Under the pieces are notes generated by a model. It did not search any database, was not told the DNA's origin, and was given only the letters and a program-made list of their open reading frames with translations. Made by a program: the position numbers and the translations under genes. 64,000 nt of DNA from Dimorphilus gyrociliatus (Eukaryota; Animalia; Annelida): the NCBI GenBank assembly GCA_904063045.1, contig CAJFCJ010000004.1:122195-186194 (forward strand). Direction: 5' to 3'. Of the stretch, positions 11,528 to 23,229 are shown piece by piece. How positions within the stretch are numbered: the first letter of the stretch is position 1; each line of letters begins with the position of its first letter.

Positions 11528-13247
11528 TTACGAACGAGCTATTTCTTCGGTTACTTCGATAGTTGGCTCTTCATCTTCTTGGAGAACTATACTGGCGTCT
11601 TCATCTTCTTCGTCCGTCCTTGTGTATTGTAACGCTAATTTTCCTGCTTCTGTGAAAGATTATTACACATCTCATGAAACAAGTTGTATTAAATTGTTAT
11701 GTATATTCAACAGACCAGATAATGTTACTGTTCCTCCACTCTCAATGGCGGATACGACTGTTGGATTGTCAGAAGAAGATGTTACAATTCCATGAGTTTC
11801 AAGCCACGTCAATGTCTCCGCAGCATTTTCACCAGAAGCATCAAGAGGTTTAGATGCTTCTGCCAAAGCTGCTAAAGTTGCTAGAACAGCTGTACTTTGT
11901 TCACTTTTATCTCTTTTACTTTTTTTACCATCTGAAATACAATTTACAACTGAACAATAGTATATAATATAAAAATAAAACACATTTATTGTTTTAAAAA
12001 AATTGTTTAATTCAATTAAATGTATTACAACTAAATAAAATAAATTTTACTTTTTCTGTCATCTCGAGACGATCTTACAGTTTCTATAATATGATGGTCG
12101 TCTGCTTGTAAAACTAAATCATTCGTTTCAGTATCGCTCTGTAAGATATTAAAGCCACAATTATACAATTATCTAGAAAAGAAATAAATTTTGATGGACT
12201 ACAAACCTGTGTTGAAGCGACAGCAGCTTCTATTTCATTGTCTGTAGTTGTTGTTACAATTTCTTCTGTTGTGGTTACTTCAACAATATTATTTTGCTGT
12301 GTTGAACGTATTTTATCATAACAAATTGTGTTTCATGATTAAATCTTTACTATAGTTTCTTTTAAAAGTTACCTGGGCACTATGCAATAATTCCGCTAAA
12401 TCATTTCTTGAATTGGTTAAGGCAATTTCCATAGGTGTTTTATCGAATTTATTAAGTACATTCGTATTGGCTTGATGTCTTAGTAATAAATGAACAACTA
12501 ATAGGTGACCTCTTTCAACTGCCCAATGTAAAGGTGTCATTTGAAGCTGAATTTAATTTAACACTTTAAAAAACACAACAGACTCTTTTTTGCTTTAAAC
12601 TCACCATATCTTTGGCTTCAATGTCAGCACTGTTTTTTAGTAGAAGTTCCACAACGTCGTAATGCCCTTCTTGAGCAGCACAATGGAGGGGGGTTCGATC
12701 GACTTTAGTTCTAGCATCTCTGCTTATGCCTGCTCTGAGGAGAGCTTCGCACATATCTAGATGGCCAGCCTGTGCCGCAAAATGGAGTGGAGATGTTCCT
12801 AGCTGAAAATGATATATTTTTCTTGTAAATAAAGAGAGTATTACAGAATCAGTAGTAGTAATAAAATTTTTGAGCCTACAAGCATATTTGTAGTTTAGTC
12901 TAATCCATACCACGTTGAATTTGTCATATATTTGAAATACATTTTGAGTCGAGGTCTTGAATCCATCTTTTTTTTGAAAATGCTACAAGACTGCTAGGGT
13001 ATTTATAATCGATCATAATCTTACCCAGTCTGTTGTAAAAGGTGCTCCATTGGACATAAGCATTCGTGCTTCATTGACATCTCCTCTCTTTGATGCCTCA
13101 ATAAGTCTCTTACCAAGATCTACAAGGGATAAACCAAAGGTACTCCCTGAAGGGCGGCCAATAGTTGCGACCGGTGTACTGGTTGAAGGTGAGCCTGATG
13201 ACAACCTTGGAATGTTAGAAATAGCTGCTGATGCTTCTTCGGTTTCT
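11528..13247 (-). CDS. GABPB1: GA-binding protein beta subunit (ankyrin repeats); start exon not resolved
   Basis: [16 protein letters not shown]...[19 protein letters not shown]...[13 protein letters not shown]...[13 protein letters not shown] and the conserved [15 protein letters not shown] segment. Last exon 11649-11528. Confidence 0.9.
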
Positions 13248-13442
13248 CTGGAAGGTAAAATATTCGATATGAGACTTGGAACATGCTTTATAAAGTTCTC
13301 AATCAGCCATAATTATTGAATGAAATCGGTCAAAAATTAACGATCCAATCAAATAACAGCAAAATATTTATCGAGGATTTAATACAATCCTCATACATAT
13401 GAAATTTAGCTCTTAAGACAAACTATCCGAATCAAAACTTAA

Positions 13443-13489
13443 CAGGAAGTGGCTTTATTTATTACGGAAGTTATCGTCTGAACGGAAAT
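13443..13489 (+). promoter_or_regulatory. Three co-oriented ETS/GABP core sites
   Basis: CAGGAAGT 13443-13450, CGGAAGT 13465-13471 and CGGAAAT 13483-13489, upstream of GABPB. Confidence 0.5.
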
Positions 13490-14090
13490 GCGACCCTTCC
13501 CACTTGTCACTCTGGTCTATTTCTATTTCAATAGATTAATTTACTAACGTATCTTGAACGATTTCATAAGTTACAACTGTAGCCATTTTATTTCATGCGG
13601 AATATCAAAAAAACGTTGTCGTTTTAAGACGATGCGGGTCAATAATGGCCGAGCAAATTCTAATGTATTACTGCGCGTTTACTTAACGTCAAAATATTAG
13701 AATTTATATGAATATTACAAAGCAATTCATTTTGTTTGAGTAAAAGACAATCTTAATAACACGAGGAAACCTTAATTCAAACAAATTGGGAGCCCCTTCA
13801 AAATTCTCCATGAACTACTTTTTCTCTGGATTATCTCGTCCGCGTGAAGTGGCGAGATCCGGCTATGCTTATAGATTTCGATTTTCTTTCGCCTTTTTTG
13901 GGTTAATTTCGACTCTCCATTGACTTGGTCGCTAGATATTTTATGAATAAAACGACAATAACATTTCAAATATCACGTCCAAATAGTTTCAAAAAAGAAT
14001 TTAACTTAATGGTTGACATAGTAACACTATTGAGCGATAATAGATCAAAAACTTGTTAAGCGTTCGATTAATTGTTACTGACAAAAGAAA

Positions 14091-17000
14091 ATGAGAGGTT
14101 GGTACTTATAATTTTTTTATTTCATATAATTATATGTAAATTTCTTCTGAAACTCTCAATTTTTAAACATGTGACCTCTAAATTTATTATTGTACTACTG
14201 ACGAGATGTGACAGAAACATTCGCAAAAATTACTTAAAAAATAAAAATATATTCTATTATTTCTAAATAAACTAATCTGAAATAAATTTACAGATTGCTG
14301 TGGGTGTTGTCAACGTGTCAAACCGAGGTATAAGCGAAATGTTGATGCAGTTTATCCAGCTTATCCAGAAGTTAGTATAAAAAAATCTTTGTATAGTTCT
14401 AGGTTTATTTGTTTTTTAAATTATAGCTTGGTATTGGAAAATCTAGTCTTGATAAGTTGATGCATTATGCGATTCAACATCCTGAGAAGTTGGACCGTAT
14501 TGGAGAGTATATAGCCCTACGCGTCCAGAGAGATCTTAGTAGACAACGACATGAGTAATTTTTTTATTTGTGCAAAATACTGTTTTTTGAGAGGTTTTTA
14601 TTGGCTTTTTTTCTTCAAACAGACAGTTAATTGTAGCACTAGAGATTCTCAATGCATTGCTCGACGCATGCAACAGTCAATGCGTAAACATGTTTGTAAG
14701 CAGTTTACTGAGGATACTGGAAGACCTTCTTCAATGCCCCAATGAAGAAGTGATGCTGCGCGCCACCGACTTGGTATAGAAATATATACATAAATTTTAA
14801 GATTTCACTTGCTAATTGAAAAAATATGTCTATAGTTCATAGCCTTTTCGAGGAAAGAAGAAGAAGCTCCTTGCTACGATAGAAACTATCGATTTTTTGT
14901 TGAAAAATTTTCGCAGATGTGTCATTCAAACAATAATGATCAGGATAAAAGAAATCTGTAAATATATTTCTTTATTTTCTAAACCTTAGCTTAATAATGT
15001 TTAATGTAATATAACTTAATGTAATGTTTTAATTAAGTATTCAATCTTATTAATAGAATTAGAGTGTCCGGAATAAGAGGTCTCCAAGGAGTTGTTAGAA
15101 AGACAGTATCTGATAACTTGCAAATGAATATTTGGGATAAAGAATACATGGATAAAATAATTCCATCACTCCTTTTTAACATGCAGGATGAAGAGTAAGT
15201 GTTTAGGAATAAGTCAGTTGCTTTCTATTTTATAACGCATGAGTAATTATACAAATCAATTTAAAATAATAGGAGAGTAATATAATCTTTAATCTTTCAA
15301 TATAGTTTCTTATTTTCACATTGATATGTATTAAACCTTTCTTTATAATAGGATTTTAATATATGAGTATATTTAGAACAACACAGTTGATCGAATCTCT
15401 AGTCAGTCGAAGTGAATCTAATAACCCTGAAAATTGCGGGAATCCTCTAATCGTATCTGAATATGTTTTCCGTGACGTGATTTCACGCGCGGCATTCGGC
15501 AGTATACAAAGTGTAGTCACGCCTGTGGTTCGGTACGTTTCTACAAAAGTTTAATGATTTTATCTATTAGGCCTTCAGAAGACGGACAAGAGGCGGGAAA
15601 CGCTTGTATTGTAGCTGCCGACGTACTCAGGGAATTGGTTGGTCATACCGAAATGGAGACATGGACTAGGGCATTTGTTCGGCCCACTCTAATGTAGGTA
15701 TTAGGTATCGAAAATCAGATAGCACTGCTGGATGACCACAATTTGAGAATCTGATATAATTATTAAAAAAAAACTGGGTTTAAATTTTAAAAAAGATGTC
15801 ATCCAACAATGATAGACTTTCGATTCCTAATTCTAGATTAAGGATTGGTATTGGGTGGGGGAACTTATTTTCTTTTGACACGCTTAGCCTTTTCATCACT
15901 CTTTTTAACAATGATTTTCTGCCTCTTATCCGATTTGGCTTGCTGGATGAAATCGCATAACTTTTAATATCATTTTTTTTTATTAAATATTGAGTTATTA
16001 TACAGGCATATAGAAAAGCACAAATTATGGAAGGATTTTGGTATTACATGGTTTAGAATTATAATGTTTTCTGTTCAGGTATATATTTTTTATTTTTTCT
16101 GCGTTTAGAATTTGTCTAATTTACAAAATCGAACACCAAAAGCTAGTCTGAATACTTTCTTGTCGATTCTTTAGTTCTCTTTGAAGCTCTTCCTGTAATT
16201 ATAAATAATTATATTCAAAATAATACTGTCAATTTTAAAACTTTAAATAATTTATAATGAGGTAGCAATGAACAGATAGATATTCAATTGTATTTTTCAA
16301 GCTTGCTTTTCAGTAATTGAATTATTAAATGATTTATTTAATATTAAATAATAAAAGTTTCCTCTCTATATATCTTATAGATAAATAATTTATTTCTTAT
16401 TGAAATAGTAGTCTCTTAGCTACTCTAAATCGGATATCTAAGCTGTCAATTTAGAATGATCATACTTCTACTTCGTCCCCAATGTCACTATCTAATCGTT
16501 TTATTTGTTGAATAATTTTAATATTCGTAGAAGCTTTTCTTTCGCTATAGGAAGCATGAAGCAATTAATTTCAATTACACCTACTAAAGTATATGAAAGG
16601 TAGACAGATTACACCAGCTGTTTAGAACTCTTTTTGCGACGGTGCACGTTCTGACTATTTTTCTTATCAACACAAGCCATTGCAAACATGCGAAATTCAC
16701 TTTTTTCCAATTTCTATAAAATTGCAATGCAAAGTCTTAAAAAGAGAAATAATTATGGTATTTACTTGATCTCCTGAAAGGTCGAATTCATTGAAAAGAT
16801 CCCGAACAGCTTTAGCATCGAAATCAAACAATAGACCAAAATTCTCGAATTCTTTTACTGATAGATTACCTGAACCGTCAACGTCCATGAGCTCAAAAAC
16901 TGTATCGCAATGTCTATATATAAACTCTTTCTCCTCTCCATCCTATATAATAAATGTTCGTTTTATTTCTAACCTATGTGCTACTTAAGTAAGCCTACTT

Positions 17001-20000
17001 TTATAGATATAAGAATACCGATAAGTAAATAAAACTCGTCAAAATCCAATTCTCCTGATCCATCAACATCAAATGAATCAAAGATTTTATAAGCTTGATA
17101 GTTTTTAACATTTGTAACATTTTCCATAAAAGTATTAAACTGAATATCTTTTGGAGGTTATTTAGTTATACTCGTTTGTTTGCAAAGTTACATTAAAATT
17201 ACCATTTAAAGATTGCGTATGATGAATGTCTAATATATTGAAAAACTCTAACAAATATTTCAAATTTTTGGCCGTCAATAAATAGTTTTTGTTCAAGTGT
17301 AAAAACTGAATTAATTTACTTGAGACTTTCATTATATCTTATAAAATTGATTGCCATTTAAATTAAAATGATGATGGAATTAATATTTTATTTTTGTTTT
17401 TTTTTTCAGAACCAGTTTAGTTATATTGTTGTAGAAGAATTAGTTGGCTACTTGACTTCCGACAATGTAAAAAACTCTGATATACAGTTAAGGAGCTATG
17501 TAGTGGATGTACTTACAGAGACTGCAACGATTGTTGCTAAGAATGCTTCACCACATATTAATACAGTAATAAACGTTATATATATATTTGTTTAGATTTG
17601 TTAACTCTTATATTTTTTCAGATAACAAAGAAGATAGTTAATTGTCTAAAAGAATTTATGTTCATGCCGGTTAAACACGATGTTGATGAGAAACGTTTTC
17701 ACGAGTCTATAGTTAAAATGATTGGTAATTTGAAAATCTATTTTTTAGAAAACATAAATACTCTATATTAATTAAAATTTTCAGGTGAATTCGCTAGTTG
17801 TGCACCTGATTACCAGAAATCTGATATTCTAAATATTATAATGGAGCATGTTTGTAGTGCTGGACGAGTTGAAAGGACTGAAATGTTCGTGATTTCCACT
17901 GAATGTATATAAAAAATATTATATTTTGATCATGATTTTAGAGAGAAAACTAAAATAGTTCAATTTCAAAGTATGCTTTTGAAGTCTATTCTACGAATGA
18001 CATCTAACACAAGTAAAACAACGCATATAGAAGTTTGTATTCTATAATAATTAGAAGTATTGAGTACATAATTTTTTTAATTTGCTTTTACAGACAACAT
18101 TTACTAAGACATTTTGCAGTTTCGCCGTTAAATTAAGTAAATCAGGCGATGCTGATATTAGACAGACGATTCAGGAAATATTTCAATGTCTGCTAGATAG
18201 ACATAAAAATTTGAAAAAGATTAAGCAAATTAAAATAGCGTTGGATGTATCATCTCTGGATTTGGTTACTCCTCATCATATAATGAAGGAAGACACTTAT
18301 TTTATGAAAAGAGTTAGTTATCAATTTTTTTTAATTCCAATTTATTGAATAATTTAATGTTAACAAAAATATATATCAATAACAGGCAGATGGGGGTCAA
18401 ATGTTGTTGCAGATTATTAAAGATGGTTCTTTGCCAGCAAATAATACGGTTGATAATTTCGTTGCAATCTATAGAACACTCGTATTAATCTGTCTGGAAG
18501 TTCCAGTCGCTGATGTTTTTATTGATGTTTTCAAAGTTGGTTTAGAAATGCAGGATGTTGCCTTAAGTACACCATCAGCTACAATGTTCATGACACATAA
18601 ATGTGCAATACACGCCCTCATTGCCGCTCTATTTAATATATTGGCTCAAATTGCTGATATTGAAGAATTGGTTCAATATGTGCATGGTGTTATTAAGGAA
18701 AGAGAGAATTCTCTCATAGGACAATGCTACTTGCCCGACTTTGCTTTTAATCGTTTAAACAAGGCTAAAGAGTAAGTGTATTTGATGTATCATTAAATAT
18801 CTAAAAGTAGCTTAAACAAAAGTGAATTAAGTAGTTTCTTATTTAGTTAAAGGATATTTTTATAATAATTTCGTTTCTGTTGCAATACTTTTTCCTTTAC
18901 TTACTTTTCTTTCAAAAACAGTCAATTTTTAGATTATAAAATAAAGTACGTTAAGTTTTGTGTTTGCCCTGAGTTATTAGTAAATTTGTGTTTTCAACCT
19001 TAAATTTGAGATTTAAAAACTTAGAACTAAAGAAAAACAATTGAAAAATTAGTATTTGTTTTCTATTGAGCTTTCGGTTTTCTTGCTTTTTCTTGTACAG
19101 AATATAATTTTTGCAGGTGATTTTACAGTATTTTTTGTGCAAGATAATCATGAATATATTATAGTGTGTGAAGTCAATGTTAATGAAAAGAAAAAACTAT
19201 TAAATGCACGTCTAGAAAACAAGTGTTTTTTTTTTTTAGGTTTCAAGCATAAATCCCTGCTTTAATAGCATGTTTAATACTTTTAGAGAATGATTAATGA
19301 GATTAATTTTTTTTATTTATAAAGCTATCCAACGAGTGATACTTTTAACGAAGAATGGAAATTTAACAAGGGACGAATAAGCGAGATTTTAAAAGATTGC
19401 GATCAATACGACGAATCTCTTCTCTTCAAGCCCATAGAAGTACCAGATTCTGTAACTATGAATGGTTAGTAGTTAATTAATTAGAAATGATGATAAATTT
19501 GAAAATCTTTACAAAAGAGACTATTCATAGTTTATACGACATTTTTATCTAAATTAATTAACCTGAAATCTTAAAAGCAACTATTAATAACAAATTTGTT
19601 AGGGTAATAGTTGATTTTCATTATTTTCTATTAAGTTACTATTACTATACTATATAGTATATGATTGAAGTGCAGATTGTACTGTATATATCTCAATATA
19701 TATATAATAATATACTGTATATATAGTATATATATACAGTATAATGTATATGTATAAGGGTGTAAAAACATAAATTGTGAATTAGACGGCATAGATGTCT
19801 TGGATCGAACCAGTTTTATTGAAGACGCTGTTTTATGTGATGATGAGAGCCTACTGCAATCAGAGACTAATTTATCGGTGAGATTTTCAAAACGACAGCA
19901 GAAATGTATAGCCAATTCTGATCACTGCTGACTAGTCATAGCATTATAATTAATATATCTATTATTATGAAGCACTGTGGTATATAAATATGATATAATC

Positions 20001-20750
20001 ATCTCATATCTATACTATTCGTTTATACTATATCTGTAACTGCTTTTCAATTTACTGAATAATTTTATGTAGCATTGATTGCTTAAATTTATTCAAATCT
20101 AATTCGCTTTACTAGTTGTAACGCTTTCTTAATGCAGATTCCATTGATATGTGCCGAAGCTTGAGTGATATTCGATCACTAAGCACGCTATCAATTGCTT
20201 CAACTCCCTTTGGATCAAGGGTGAGTTATAATAGAATGGCTAATTGGTTCTAGTTTGCTTTGCATTTGTTGTTTTCAAATTGTTATAAATCTACGTAATA
20301 TAATATATAATTTATCATATTTATTTAATTTTAGGCACCGTCATTAGACTCTATAACCGTTGATCAACTGAAGAAAGTTCTTGGTAGGCTTGTTTTTTCA
20401 ATTTAAAAGAGTTTTAACTGTTTTTGATTTACGAATAGTAACAACTGATAAGGAGAGAGAAATAAAAGAGAAAGAACAAAGGAAGATATTCGAATCTTTT
20501 AAAAATGACGACTTTGAAAGTATAATGATGCGGAGTAAGAACGTGGTTCGTAGGCGTTTTGTTTAATAGATTTCCTTTCATTTTTATATGTTACATGTAT
20601 CTCAAACAGGAAACAGATGATGCTCATAAAAAGCTTCTAGACATTTTAGAAATTATTGATAACGCTCCTAATGGTTCAGCTTGTCGAAAGATGGAGGTAG
20701 ATCGAACTCGCGTAAATGAAATTGAATATCCAGAATTGTTTCTTTATTAG
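14091..20750 (+). CDS. EFR3: EFR3 homologue (PI4KA complex plasma-membrane anchor), multi-exon with alternative exons
   Basis: MR/DCCGCCQRVKPRYKRNVDAVYP (palmitoylation Cys cluster), HPEKLDRIGEYI, GIRGLQGVVRKTVSD..DKIIPSLLFNMQ, and C-terminal EIEYPELFLY*. The start exon at 14091-14097 is inferred from phase. Confidence 0.93.
16121..17332 (-). CDS. EFCAB9: EFCAB9-like EF-hand protein (208 aa) nested antisense in an EFR3 intron
   Basis: Exons 17332-17203, 17147-16999, 16942-16766, 16713-16615 and 16192-16121 total 627 nt in frame. Peptides LLTAKNLKYLLEFFNILDIH, FDSFDVDGSGELDFDEFYLL and FIYRHCDTVFELMDVDG...LFNEFDLSGD parallel EFCAB9. Confidence 0.8.
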
Positions 20751-20870
20751 TAACAAATCCTGGCTGCTAAATTAATTATTATCTATCAACTGCATTGTTC
20801 AGTATTATCTATTTACTCCAATTTCATTCATTCCAAACAATATAATTATTATAAAATTTCACTTTTGAAT

Positions 20871-23229
20871 TTATAGTGGTGTGTAGGAACGAAACAATAG
20901 TAGATCTTTTTTTGAGAATAGGTTAACACTCTTTTTAGCTGGCAACAAATATATGCCACCCTCACTGATACCATTTTCTATATTCGATTCCTGGGCTTCA
21001 GCACAGCCGTCTACAACCAATATTATACTTGCACTAACCTTTTCTGGTAGTGTATAATTCTGATTAGCCGGAATCTGCAGTAGTGATTATATGTATTGAA
21101 CAGTTCTTTCATCTATTTATTGAATAAAATATTACCGTAATTTTATCAACTGCAAAATCTAGAACGGGAGGACTATAAACTTTACAAAAGCTATCCTGTT
21201 CATTGTGTTGAAATAAATTATCTTGAGCACTCTTACAAGAATAGTCCAGCATTTGCGTTAGAACTTCGACGTCTTTGAATTTTGGAGTGAGTCCTGCTCT
21301 AACAACATTGTCTGAACAGGCCATACATTCAACGCAATCTTATAAAGTGAAAAAAATGAGAATTTAGTCCATATTAATAACATTTTTTCTTTATTATGAA
21401 AAAAACTCTAATTATGTTGTTGAAATAACTAAAATAATTTGTTTAACAATATAAACTATATAGATGATATGTGGATTGATAAAAGAGTAAATAAGGGATT
21501 GCATTGCTTGAAAAGATCTAACAGACTTCCCAAATCGTTAATTTCGTTAAATGATTTAGAAAGTAAATAATACCCAAGAAAGGTTCTCATTTTTTATATT
21601 TCACGGTTAATAATAATAAATTTATTTTAAGGCCTTTTCCATTATACAATATCACTGTTATTTAAAGTCATTCGGGCGTGCCGTTCGCACCAACTAGGTA
21701 TTCTTGAAAGAAATTAAAGAAGAGAGACATTTTTTTAAATATGGAGATAGCTCAGGTAATTTTTATAATTCTAGGAGCTTGGATTGGTGTTGGAATTCTT
21801 GTTTTGGTTGTACTCGTATCTTATTATGTAATGCTGAAATCTGAAACTAAGAGGACACCATTGAATACAAATAATCCTACAGCCATTAATCACTTTATGG
21901 TTGAAGAGAACAACCGATTACGTGAAGAAGAACCTGGTACTTCTACAATGGAGGCCGAAACTAAGATGTACTAAGGGCATTTTTGTAAATGTCTGTCATA
22001 CTTTTTGTAATATTTGATCAATAATCTTAAACTATATGATTGTCGATTGAACTATGATTTAGTCACTCTGCTTGTGAATATTGTACAAACCTCCACTCAA
22101 ATAAGCGTGTGGAAGATTGGCTCTTAAGAACATTGCCTCGCCTGGTTCAAGCTTCATGAAATTTAAGAAATACACGCAATAGCAACCGACATCTCCAGGA
22201 AATTGAGAATGAATTCTCTCAAATAGTTCGGCCAGCTTTTCTTTACGATTACGTTCATCTGCATATAATTTTTTCGTTTTTAGAATAGATAAAGAAATAT
22301 GAATAATTATTTAAGATTTATTCTCTCTTACCAAATTTACTCAAATTGTCCAACGTTCTTTTTAAAAGAACTTTTATTTGATCAGCATCGTAATTCATTA
22401 ACGCTGAAAAGCATTCTTTCACAGCAGCTTTTATGCTATCGTCATTAGAAGCAGTTTTCAATTTCTGATATGATTCATTAGATACTATTTCTCTTAATTC
22501 TTCAATTTCTGCACAATTCGATTTTTAAAAAAAAATTTAATAATAACATCGATTTAGGAATTTTTTTACTATAATTAATATTAATTCTTTCTTTACCAAC
22601 CACTCATAAAGTCAATAATTTCGTTCTTAGGCCTAAAACCGCATAGTCCTTCGAATTTCGTTAGAGCTATAGCCATTTCCGGTTTATGATTATCGTCTGG
22701 ATAATGTTCTGGATCCTTTTCGTGTAGAATAATTGCGTGATCCTATTTATTTACAGTTAGAGTAGATTTATTATTGTGTTTTTAAAAAATTTTTATGTTT
22801 ACTTTATTAGGATGGGCTTGGATTGATAGAGCTTTGTTGACAGATAAAACTTTAAAGAGGAAGGTTAATTGACCAGCTTTCGAAGATTGTACATTAGCTT
22901 CCGGGTTTTCCTTAAGATAGTCAGAAAGTGTCTGTTTTGTTTGCTTTATAACAGAAGGTCCTTTCGGATGAGTTCCCATCCATAACTATAAAATAGTAAA
23001 TTTAGCTGTAGGGAGTATTTTAATAATTGTTTTTGCTGTCATACTTCGGCATAGGGATGATCATCTATTGAAAAATTTGTATTCCTTTTACCAGTTAATG
23101 AGGCCACAGCACTGTCTTGACCGATTTTCCCCCATGCATATTTTTGGACAGCACATTCAAGTTCAACTGTTAAAAGTACAGTATAATTTAAGATATCTTT
23201 TTAATTTTCTCCCTAAAATACTTACTCAT
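20871..23229 (-). CDS. MPI: Mannose-6-phosphate isomerase (type I)
   Basis: [79 protein letters not shown] motifs across canonical introns. Confidence 0.96.
21741..21974 (+). CDS. Small single-pass membrane protein (77 aa) nested antisense in MPI intron
   Basis: ATG-initiated ORF with an N-terminal hydrophobic helix and a polar tail, GC-enriched relative to flanks, lying inside the 752-nt MPI intron 21339-22090. Confidence 0.55.
   Translation: MEIAQVIFIILGAWIGVGILVLVVLVSYYVMLKSETKRTPLNTNNPTAINHFMVEENNRLREEEPGTSTMEAETKMY

Noticed and set aside
18951-19265. ORFs and possible micro-exons in EFR3 intron 18772-19323
   Set aside because: The flanking exons already join in frame; candidate micro-exons are not 3n or contain stops.
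19631-19915. 94-aa minus-strand ORF
   Set aside because: Its first half is the antisense of candidate EFR3 exon C and the rest is TA-rich low complexity.
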